Origin: a virus
Taxonomy: Duplodnaviria; Caudoviricetes
IMG/VR virus record: IMGVR_UViG_3300023178_000060
Span: 1-54,487 of that record
Length of the DNA stretch: 54,487 nucleotides
Strand: one strand, 5' to 3'
The position numbers and the translations under genes are program-made. The stretch's first letter is position 1. Each line of letters opens with the position of its first letter. Positions 38,041-47,700 of the stretch are shown piece after piece. Under the pieces are notes generated by a model. That model did no database searches, was not told the origin of the DNA, and saw nothing but the letters and a program-made list of their open reading frames with translations.

Positions 38041-38370
38041 TTATGCAGATACAAACCAACCAATGCCTGCAACTCCGGTATAAACGAGAGTAACAGTTGT
38101 ACCGTTTACGTTTAGGATAAGGTCACTATCTCCCATTATTTCTCCACCGTTTGCATCAACTGTAACATTGTTAGTTGTTAAAAATTGACCTATGTCTAAA
38201 AATTGCACAGTATCATTTTCTAATAGCGTACCTGGTGCAGGTAAAGTTACAGTAAATGCAATTGAGCTGCTGTCAAGTAACATTCTATCATTAACTTTTG
38301 CTACATAATTATTAGATACTTGCCGAAAAACAGCACCAGCTGTTCCTGTAGTCGATATATATCTTCCCAT
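38041..38370 (-). CDS. Small virion protein resembling a T4 gp9/gp10/proximal-fibre repeat unit
   Basis: DSS..AFTVTLPA...D.V.F.D......NNVTV..NG.....L.......TLVY.....GW pattern. Confidence 0.6.
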   Translation of the reverse strand: MGRYISTTGTAGAVFRQVSNNYVAKVNDRMLLDSSSIAFTVTLPAPGTLLENDTVQFLDIGQFLTTNNVTVDANGGEIMGDSDLILNVNGTTVTLVYTGVAGIGWFVSA

Positions 38371-38388
38371 GTATTTTCCTTCTTACTG

Positions 38389-38396
38389 TATTTATA
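38389..38396 (-). promoter_or_regulatory. T4-type late promoter TATAAATA
   Basis: Exact T4 late consensus overlapping the upstream stop, followed by an AAGGA RBS. It heads the Cys-rich gene cluster. Confidence 0.7.
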
Positions 38397-38712
38397 AAGT
38401 TGTTGTCTCTATACCAAAGGCCATTGCAGAAACATTCGCAGCAGACGACCAAACAATAATGCGTTTTTCAGCATCCAAAACAATACCTGTTCTTTCTAAT
38501 ACACCTTTTGGCATTATTTCACAATCATATTCTATATATTCTGCAAGCGCAGGAGTGACATCAGCTGCTACTGCTACCCTAACTGTGATAGGTGCATTTC
38601 CTCTATTACAAAAAGACACTGTAGCAACAGTAAATGTGTCTACAGGAACTTGATATAAAGTTGTAAGAGTATCTAATGCTAAATCTGCTACTCCAAGTCT
38701 ACCAGTTGCCAT
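38392..38712 (-). CDS. Small beta-sandwich virion protein (106 aa), paralog of 50217..50549
   Basis: TTLYQVP...TVSFCN..., GIVLDAEKRI; GGAG RBS. Confidence 0.7.
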   Translation of the reverse strand: MATGRLGVADLALDTLTTLYQVPVDTFTVATVSFCNRGNAPITVRVAVAADVTPALAEYIEYDCEIMPKGVLERTGIVLDAEKRIIVWSSAANVSAMAFGIETTTL

Positions 38713-38725
38713 TTTTTTATCTCCA

Positions 38726-41700
38726 TTAATTTTTAAGTAAATAATTCATTGCAACAGGAACACCGTCTACTCCTTTTTTGTAATAGACTTTTTGCTCCAT
38801 GTTGATTTGATTTCCTGTTACAGTTGTAATCTCTGTACCTGTAATTAAAATATCCCCAGCAGTAATACTATTTACGTTAAGTGTAGACGAACCGCCTCCA
38901 ATTTGTGACGTAATGTACGTCCTAATAGCTTTTTGTGTAGGAACAATTTCATCACTATTTGCAGTAAACGTTCCGTCGGTACTGAATTCTGTAATAGTTG
39001 CTCCTGTTTGTCCAAGTCCAAGTTCTCCAAGTGACAATTCATTCAAACCGCTTATATTAAATGCATCTGCATTTAACGTTGCGACACCAGTTGATTGTTC
39101 AACTGAGAATAAATCTCCAACTCGGAAATTTCCATCTTGATCTGTTGACGTAAAGAATACCCTACCACCAGTGCTTTCTAATGTTTCGTTGGCAGGAATA
39201 GGTTCTTGTAACGGAATTCCTGGATAATTTGTTTTAACAAAATTACCAGTTCCGATATCAAGGAAATCATGTCCTGTCAATCTAATTTGACTATATCGAA
39301 TCCTTAGGGTTAAATTTTCATTATTTTCTGGTGCTTCAGATATTTGAATATCTGGTGAAACTTGTAATTGAGCTGTAAATGGAGGTTGATCTCCTAGTTG
39401 ACCAGTTCCTAATAAAGATCTTACAACTACTAATTTAAATACCTGTCCAGGTAAATGATCAAACACTATATTCGAACCGGCTAACGGAATACCTGATAAA
39501 TTTTGTACTTGTATTAAGTTACCGGGTTGATAAAAATCAGCGTATCCGTCTCCTACAATTTCTACAGTTGCTGTTGTAAAATCATTACCTCGTCCATTAG
39601 CTGCCCATAGAGGTTGTGTAAGTACACCGTTTGCTATCCTAGCCTGGGTTGGCGCATCAGTTACTGCTTGATTACCTAGTGCAATATTGTTAGGATCAGT
39701 GATTGTTATTGTTGGTTCGGCTGTATATCCTTCTCCTGGATCCCAAATTAATATTTTGACAATTTGCTCATTTTCAACAAATGGTCTGCCTTTTGCGTTT
39801 TTGGTGTAATCTCCAGGATATGTATCCGAATCGCTAAACTGAATTAGTGGCTCTACTGTATAGACTGTAGTAGCATCTAACGTTGCTTCTATAGATCTAC
39901 CAGCTACCATCTGATCCCATCCTGCAGTTCCGTCACTTATTTTCACAATATCAGCAAGCTTTGTATTTTCATTGTAATTTGAAATTTGACCATACTGTCC
40001 TGTACCTTTACCTCCGGTAATATAAATTGATAAACCTATAACTTGTGAAGCTAACCCAACATCTGTATTAGATAATGTAATTTGAGTTGTTGTACCATTC
40101 TGAGCACTGTTTGTAGCAAAATAATAACCTTGACCACCAAAAATTCCACTAGAGTCATCTAAATCAAGCATACGTACTTCGAACACACCTCCGTCTACTG
40201 TTTGAGCTGAATCAATCACATAACCAAAACCGTCTCCTACAACAGTTATTGTTGTGTTTGCAGCGGTAAATTCTTTTCCTGCATTCAAATATTCAAAAGC
40301 AATTATTTCATTACCATCAGTTAACACTCTATCAACAACAGGTGTAAATGCATAGTTATTTACTTGAGCAGTAACTGGAATTTCTGTAATATCTACACCT
40401 TCTGAAACTGATCCAAAATCTCCATAAGAATTATTACCGTTAGTTGCTCTAACTTTTCCACCATTTTCTGCTAGATAGCCAATATGACAATAATATGTAA
40501 AAACAGAAACTAATTCTGACCTTCCAAGATTTGTTACCCAATATCCTATTCCGTCACTTAATATCTGTGTAAAATCGTTTGCAACTATAGAATCATTACC
40601 ACCTGCATGGATTTCACCGTCAACCTTCATACCAATACAAGCAGTACCAAAAGTACTGACATTTTGTACATATGGTGATTTTGTCCTAATCCAAGGTTTT
40701 GTATCTTGTGGATTCCAACCTGGATCTAGGCTTACATATGCCCCTGCTAAAGGTCTTGCTGTGCCGTTGGGATTTACCTCTGTTAAACCAGTGATACTTT
40801 GATTCACTGTTGTTCCATCACTCCTGCCATCTAACGCATTTAGAGAACAATTTCTTAATCCCGATCCATTGTGCATTAGGAACATGTTTTCAAGTTTAGA
40901 TCCTGTAACAGCATTTGCGTAATATATTCCTGCATAAATTGACTTGTAATTTCCTGGGTAAATTAAATCATATTTTATTGCATCAATATAAGAATTTATA
41001 TCTCTTTCACATGACCCAGTATTGTATGCTAGATTCATAGTCATTGATCCAACTGCTGAATTCCAGGAAATTGGAGCACTATCTGTCCTTGCTGCTTTTA
41101 CAGTAAAATTATTTGCATCAGTTTTACTATGTACAAAATATGTTGTATTTGCTTGTATTTCACTACCGATGACATTTGAAAACTTTACTGCTGTCCCAAC
41201 TTGTATCCAATCTGAGTTTGTTCCATCTGTCTGTACATCTGTACCACTTAAAGATTGTATTGTTGCTGTAAATGTATTTGCAATGTATGCATTCATTTCG
41301 CTGACAATAAATTTTCTATTTTTTTCTATAGTTTCAACTGCATATGTATGATCTGTATCTGTTAATGGTTCATTACTGCCTGTCATTATAGGTTCAGTAC
41401 CTATGTTGTTTACTTTGTTGTTGATATAATCTTGAATTGTTGAAATCAATGCTTCTGCTTTGGTGCCAGGCCCGCCTATAGATAGATTACTTAAACTTGT
41501 GTCTAAATAATCAACAGCTCTGAGCGTATCAGATAATTGATAATTTAACACTGTTTGTGCAGATGTTGTAACCTTGTAATAAGATATTCCTGATATACGA
41601 GTTTGATAATTTGTATCTAATGCCATATCATATACAAGAGCGTCTATCATGTAGCCTGCATCTCTCAAACATGTTGTTTTATTAAATTCAAGTGTAGGAT

Positions 41701-44700
41701 TTGCCCTTTGGATATAACTTACTGCTTCATTTTGAATTCTATTTTTTCTATCAAGTATAGTTGCAACTGAAGATTGGATTATTGAGCTAACATGAGTTAG
41801 GGCTGGATATACAACTGCAGGTAGGTTATCTAAAGTACCGTCTCTAATTACATCTTCTACAATGTTTATCATAGATGAGGCATAAGCTGCTTCAGTCACT
41901 GTTCCTACATTGCCTGGTGTAGTAAGTAGAGTTTGTCCAGGATATGTCCCCTCTACAACATCTGACACATAACCAGCTAGAGTATCATACACATCAGCCG
42001 TAGGCAATCTTTCATTAGGTTCTAAAGTTAATGCTAGACTATCATAATAATTTCTTGCAATGATTATACTCGCCCATCTACTGTTGTATTGTACATCATA
42101 GCTTGCAGCATCTAAAATTAATGCAACATCTCTTTCACATGCTGCTGCTTTAATTGAATCATAATCAAAATTTTCCCAAATACTTCCAGCAGTTGCTGCT
42201 GCAACTTGAGCGTTGATGTAGGTTTCTATTTCAGAAAATAAGAAATCTTTATTTACTTGTATTAATTCACGAGCATACAACCGTTCTGTTACAACTCCAG
42301 GATCAGAAAATGAAAGCGCAGTGGCAGAATCTACACCATTTTCTATAATATTTTTTATTTCAGTTGCACCAGTTGTAATTTTTGTAGATGCAGTTGCATC
42401 TCCTACCGTACCTGACACACCGAGTGTATATTGTGTTTCGCTGTTTCCTGTTGTCGGTGTTATCGCAGTATTAGTGATTATATTAGAAATAAAGGAAGAC
42501 ATATGTGTCAAAGACTGCAAACTATATGTAGTGTCTGAAATATGAGTTATACTTTCCGACGGATAGATACTTGTAGATCGAAGTTCATCACCTACAACAG
42601 CAGTTTTTTGCGGAACAATCATAGGTAATGTTTCTTCATATTTTCCTGTTTTTATAAAAACTGTGTTATTAGGTATATATTCTTTTGCTAGATTGTCTAT
42701 GTTTTCAGCTGTAAGAGGTTGTATAATAATCTGTAATAAATTTTCAATCCTAGTTTGAGCATCTTGTTCTTCTAAATAATTACTATCCTTATACTGTATT
42801 ATTGTATTATTAGCATCAGTGTAATCTAAATTACTAATTACTGCATTTACTATCACTATCATCTGTTGTATTGATGCAACTAATTGTTCATTTTCATCTG
42901 CTATTGCTGCTATCAATGAACCATTATCAAAATACGATAGCGTAGCAAGGCGTATTTTTTCATTACCACCATGTCGCATGTCATAAATTACTGCATCTAA
43001 TATTAACCCAATATCTCTCCTGCATGATTCTATATTATCATTAGTGAACCCACTCCATATTCCATTACCTGCTGTAATTTGTGCATCAACCCAAACTACA
43101 ACTGCATTTTGGATAAAAGCTCTGTTTACTTCTAATAAATATGTTGCTTCCGAAAACAATGGGCCTTTATCTATTTGCTCGAGTGCATATCTAATTGTTT
43201 TAAATGGATGGTTTATAGTTCCGCCATATGTAGGTAACGGTTGGTTGATCCCATTGGTGCCTTCTACATATACTACATGATTTATTTGACCAATGTATTT
43301 CCATTCAGGAGCAGTGCCGTCAGCATTAACTGCTAAAACTTGGCCAACTTTTCCAATTGGTAGCCTAGCTGGACCTACACCGCTGTAATAAACAAGATCT
43401 CCTTGCGTAGTTAAAACGTTATTTTCAGGACCTCCTGATAAGATATCCCAGTATGTAGCACCAGTGCCAAACCCAGTGGTTTGATCAGGTCTATTTTGAT
43501 CTACAGTATCATCTGCTGTGTGCCCTAATATACATATATAAGAATTGTTACCATATCTAACAGAATCTCCTAAATCATAGACAGTTGCATTTGTCCATGA
43601 GCTCTTCCAATAAATACCTGAATTGAGTCTTTCCCAATACAATGTATTTGGCGGCTTTTGATTTTGATGATCTTCTATGCATAGATATGTATATCCACCT
43701 ACTCTAACTACATCTCCTACATAATAATCCTGGAGTGAACTATCTTCTCCCCAATCTCCCCTAAATCTAAATCCAGTTGAAAAAAGTTCCCATACGTCCG
43801 AATTTTCTGTTGGTACTTTATTTGAGTGTAATTGATTAGTTACATATACATATCCTCCATATGTAACCGTGTCTCCTGGTTGATACTTTTCAATCTCTGA
43901 CCAAGAATTTTCAAATTCTAAACCTTCAACAAATTGCTGCCAATTTAAACTATCAGACGAGAATATATTGCTATTATGATATTGTGTACAAATCCATATC
44001 CCACCACCTTTTTTGACTAAGTCATTTTTCTTGTACCTATAATTAGTTTGCCATTCACCTGTATAATCAATTCCTTCATGGAATACATCCCATTTGTTTA
44101 TATCTGCTTCTAATCCTAAATCAACATCAGCATTGCTCAAATGCCCTGTGTTACACAAATAAATTATTCCACCATATTTGACGAGATCTCTTTCTGCATA
44201 TCTTGTATCAGTACTCCAACTAGACGTCCAGTTTAAACTAGAAGAATAAATTATCCATTTATCTGCTTGTGATTCAAGTCCTGCTTCTACAGTGTCAGTT
44301 GAAGTATGATGTTCTATACAAAGGTATATTGTACTGTTATATTTTACAAGATCATTGACCTTGTAAACAGTCGTAACAGTCCAATCTCCCTTCCAGTCAA
44401 AATTTTCACCAAAAGGAGTCCATTTTTCTAAATCAATTACTAATCCATCATATACATTTGTTGTACTTTGGTGTTCAGTATTGGCTATATATTGTTTTCC
44501 ACCATATTGTACAATATCGTTAACTCTATAATAGGTAGATACAGCCCATTCTCCTCTCCATTCTTGTCCATCTGAAATGCTATTCCAGGATGATGCAAAA
44601 TCATCTGCAAAAACAGAACTCGTATGCCTAGCAACACAGACATAAGTGTTACCGCCATATTTGACTAAATCATCTTTAAAATATTCAGTGTTTGTTTGCC

Positions 44701-44749
44701 ATTCATTTTTCCAAATAAATTTAATTCTACCTAATCTAATTTCTGCCAT
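38726..44749 (-). CDS. Giant tail spike/fibre protein (2007 aa): eight CBM5/12-like repeats, beta-helix-like core, four C-x-R-D helical inserts
   Basis: W.G.W...Y...D.V.YGG..Y.C...H x8; PFKTI / GKYEE / VGDELRST; SPYVQNVSTFG; C-terminal TSTDQDGNFRVG. Confidence 0.85.
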   Translation of the reverse strand: MAEIRLGRIKFIWKNEWQTNTEYFKDDLVKYGGNTYVCVARHTSSVFADDFASSWNSISDGQEWRGEWAVSTYYRVNDIVQYGGKQYIANTEHQSTTNVYDGLVIDLEKWTPFGENFDWKGDWTVTTVYKVNDLVKYNSTIYLCIEHHTSTDTVEAGLESQADKWIIYSSSLNWTSSWSTDTRYAERDLVKYGGIIYLCNTGHLSNADVDLGLEADINKWDVFHEGIDYTGEWQTNYRYKKNDLVKKGGGIWICTQYHNSNIFSSDSLNWQQFVEGLEFENSWSEIEKYQPGDTVTYGGYVYVTNQLHSNKVPTENSDVWELFSTGFRFRGDWGEDSSLQDYYVGDVVRVGGYTYLCIEDHQNQKPPNTLYWERLNSGIYWKSSWTNATVYDLGDSVRYGNNSYICILGHTADDTVDQNRPDQTTGFGTGATYWDILSGGPENNVLTTQGDLVYYSGVGPARLPIGKVGQVLAVNADGTAPEWKYIGQINHVVYVEGTNGINQPLPTYGGTINHPFKTIRYALEQIDKGPLFSEATYLLEVNRAFIQNAVVVWVDAQITAGNGIWSGFTNDNIESCRRDIGLILDAVIYDMRHGGNEKIRLATLSYFDNGSLIAAIADENEQLVASIQQMIVIVNAVISNLDYTDANNTIIQYKDSNYLEEQDAQTRIENLLQIIIQPLTAENIDNLAKEYIPNNTVFIKTGKYEETLPMIVPQKTAVVGDELRSTSIYPSESITHISDTTYSLQSLTHMSSFISNIITNTAITPTTGNSETQYTLGVSGTVGDATASTKITTGATEIKNIIENGVDSATALSFSDPGVVTERLYARELIQVNKDFLFSEIETYINAQVAAATAGSIWENFDYDSIKAAACERDVALILDAASYDVQYNSRWASIIIARNYYDSLALTLEPNERLPTADVYDTLAGYVSDVVEGTYPGQTLLTTPGNVGTVTEAAYASSMINIVEDVIRDGTLDNLPAVVYPALTHVSSIIQSSVATILDRKNRIQNEAVSYIQRANPTLEFNKTTCLRDAGYMIDALVYDMALDTNYQTRISGISYYKVTTSAQTVLNYQLSDTLRAVDYLDTSLSNLSIGGPGTKAEALISTIQDYINNKVNNIGTEPIMTGSNEPLTDTDHTYAVETIEKNRKFIVSEMNAYIANTFTATIQSLSGTDVQTDGTNSDWIQVGTAVKFSNVIGSEIQANTTYFVHSKTDANNFTVKAARTDSAPISWNSAVGSMTMNLAYNTGSCERDINSYIDAIKYDLIYPGNYKSIYAGIYYANAVTGSKLENMFLMHNGSGLRNCSLNALDGRSDGTTVNQSITGLTEVNPNGTARPLAGAYVSLDPGWNPQDTKPWIRTKSPYVQNVSTFGTACIGMKVDGEIHAGGNDSIVANDFTQILSDGIGYWVTNLGRSELVSVFTYYCHIGYLAENGGKVRATNGNNSYGDFGSVSEGVDITEIPVTAQVNNYAFTPVVDRVLTDGNEIIAFEYLNAGKEFTAANTTITVVGDGFGYVIDSAQTVDGGVFEVRMLDLDDSSGIFGGQGYYFATNSAQNGTTTQITLSNTDVGLASQVIGLSIYITGGKGTGQYGQISNYNENTKLADIVKISDGTAGWDQMVAGRSIEATLDATTVYTVEPLIQFSDSDTYPGDYTKNAKGRPFVENEQIVKILIWDPGEGYTAEPTITITDPNNIALGNQAVTDAPTQARIANGVLTQPLWAANGRGNDFTTATVEIVGDGYADFYQPGNLIQVQNLSGIPLAGSNIVFDHLPGQVFKLVVVRSLLGTGQLGDQPPFTAQLQVSPDIQISEAPENNENLTLRIRYSQIRLTGHDFLDIGTGNFVKTNYPGIPLQEPIPANETLESTGGRVFFTSTDQDGNFRVGDLFSVEQSTGVATLNADAFNISGLNELSLGELGLGQTGATITEFSTDGTFTANSDEIVPTQKAIRTYITSQIGGGSSTLNVNSITAGDILITGTEITTVTGNQINMEQKVYYKKGVDGVPVAMNYLLKN

Positions 44750-44773
44750 TTACAACTCCGATATCCTATAGTT

Positions 44774-44781
44774 TATTTATC
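44774..44781 (-). promoter_or_regulatory. Late promoter-like box GATAAATA
   Basis: Intergenic and followed by the GGAG RBS of the 2007-aa gene. Confidence 0.65.
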
Positions 44782-44786
44782 TTAAA

Positions 44787-47700
44787 TTAGTCCTGCAACA
44801 TTGCTGCTAAAAAATGCCCGTCAACACCAGCTAGAAGGTTGTCTTTTACCTCAAAAATGATAGCTGTTTCTGTACGAGTTGTTACATTGTTTTCTGATAA
44901 TACTACTTGTGCAGCAACTAATTCGTTTGTTGTCGCGTTGGCTCCGCCGCCTGATACCCTTGATTCTATATAAGCTTTTATTGCAGCTTGTGTTGGGACT
45001 ATATTGTTAGAATTTGCAGCTAATAATTTATCTTTTGAAAATTCTCTAATGATGACAGCAGTACCACCTATTTGAATCCCTCCTAAATTAATTTCATTTA
45101 ACCCTCCTAGATCAAACTGAGATGCACTTATAGTTACTACACCAGTAGATTGTTCTACCTTAAAGAGTTCACCTACCCGGAAATTTCCATCTTGATCTGT
45201 AGAAGTATAAAAAACTCTTCCTCCTCCACTTGCTACAGTTTCATTGAAGGGTTGTCTTGCATTAAGAGTTGTTTCTCCTTCAAGATATAAATCTGGATAG
45301 TCCGTATTTGTGAAATTCCCAGTTCCTATATCTAGAAAATCGTGCCCTGTTAATCGAATTTGACTATATTTTTCTCGTATTTCTAACCTTGATAAATGCT
45401 CAACACTTTCTGTTATATCTATGCTAGGTGCAATTTCAATTTCAGCGTCATATGGTCCATCTCCTAATAAAGAATTTATTCTAGATAAACTAAATTTTTC
45501 GCCTGGAAGTGCAGAAAAATCTAAATTTGCTCCTGGACTTGGTATTTTTGTTAAGTTTGTTATCTTAAATTTTCTACCATTTTGATAAATTTCAGCAAAA
45601 CCATCGCCTGTTATTTCTGCTGTAATAGTTGTATAACCTTGTCCTCTACTAAACATTTCTGGTTGAGATAATACTCCGGATCTTACAAATAATTGCAAAT
45701 CTGCATCTGTGGTGTTAGCATTGTCTATTATATCTATAATTGGTGTTGAATTATAACCTCCGCCGACATCATACAACACAAGTTGCTGTATAACCCCTCC
45801 AGCAATTTGAGGCCGAATTACTGCTTTTGATCCTGTTTGTATTTTATTCCAGGTATTAGCTGAAGAATTAGTAATTAAGAAAAATCCATTACCATATGAG
45901 CAATCCGTCCAACTTGATAGTTGGAATAAAGCAAAAGTACCCGCTGTATCTGAAGTTAACCAATCTTTTCCATCTTTACTTAGAGAGTATGTGTTGTTGT
46001 TACTACCATCAATTCCACATGTAATAAAAACTCCATTACCATAGGCTACACGTTTTCCTACCACTGGTAAGGTAGTATTATACCATGTATCGCCGTCAAA
46101 ACTGTAACATGCTTCTGATACTCCAACTGCAACAAATCTGTTGTTACCATAAGTGATATCTGCAATATCTGTAGTCAGAGGAAATGCTGTTGTAGAAATA
46201 CTCCAACTCAAACCACTATCTACTGAAAACTGTATTTCTGGAGAAGGAGCAATTTTTGTTGCAACCAGTATTAACCTACTGTATTTTATACAAGTCCAAC
46301 CATTTGATCCTAAAGAAAAAAGTGTCCAATTTGCGCCGTCATCTGCTGAATAAGCTACATTACCAGCTGTGCCTAATACCCAAATTTTTTGATCTTTATC
46401 TGTAGTTACATCATTCCAAGTATCTGTTGCTGGTAATACTATTTCCTGCCAACCATTACTTTCTGTATATTTTAATAATATATTGCTTTGATTTCCGCCA
46501 TAAGAATTTACAGCCGCATACCAACTTGTCATTGTACCAGCAATGTTGGAAATGACATATCCTCCTATATTTGAAGTTACTGACCAATTAACACCATCAT
46601 TTTCTGTTATAGCAGAATTTAGTGTGCTACTTCCGTCAGTCATAGCTAACCATTTGCCATTACAAAACTCTATAAAACTCCATGTAAAACCTCCTGGAGG
46701 TGTTAATGAAGATAAAACTCTTGCAGGATCACTTATACTGACACATGGCTCTATCACATATCTTGTAGTATCATTTAAAGCTGATTCTATTGGCCACCCT
46801 GGTTGGAAATGGTCCCATCCAGCAACACCAGTTGTTTCTTTTTCTACATCTGCGATAAAAGTCCCTTCATCATAGGCTGTAACTTTAGCATATTGACCTA
46901 CACCTAATCCTGCCTTAATAATTATCCTTTGTCCTACAATTTCATCGGTTGTAATTGTTTCTGCGTTTGATAATCTTATGTTTGTAGTGGTTCCTGTAAC
47001 AGCAGTGTTTTCCCGTTCGGTATAATTAGCACCTCCTGGCAAAGTAGACATATCTGCAGAAATTATTCTTACATTGCTAATTGCATTATATCTAAATTCA
47101 TCATAATATCCTACAGCTCCAAAACCTGCTCCTCCGAATGAAATTGCAGCATTTGTATAATCTTGACCAGCATGAGCATAAGCAATTGCTATTACAGTTT
47201 GTTGCGTAGTACCAAATGTAATAGCTTCTCCAAATTGTGCTTCGTTTGTTCTATTATCTATATCTGCAGTGACAGGCGTTTCGTTTTCATCAAATCCTTC
47301 AGCAACTGATCCATAATCTCCATAGCTGTTATTTCCATTCGTTGCACGTAAGATTCCACCATTAGTACATAGATATCCAATATGGCAATAATATGTAAAC
47401 ACTGACACAAGTTCTGATCTACCTAAATTGTCTGCCCAATAGCCTATGCCGTCACTTAGTATCTGAGTAAAATCGTTTGCAACTATAGAATCATTACCTC
47501 CATCATGCAGTGCTCCGTCAATTTTCATCCCAATACATCCATTACCAAAAGTGCTAACATTCTGTATATATGGTGATTTACTTGTTATCCAAACTGACTG
47601 ATCGCTTGTGTCTGATCCGGGATCTAAACTTACATATGCACCTGCAGTCGGTCTTCTAGTAAAAAATTCATTTTGTTCTCCAAGCGTGCCATTCAAGCCT

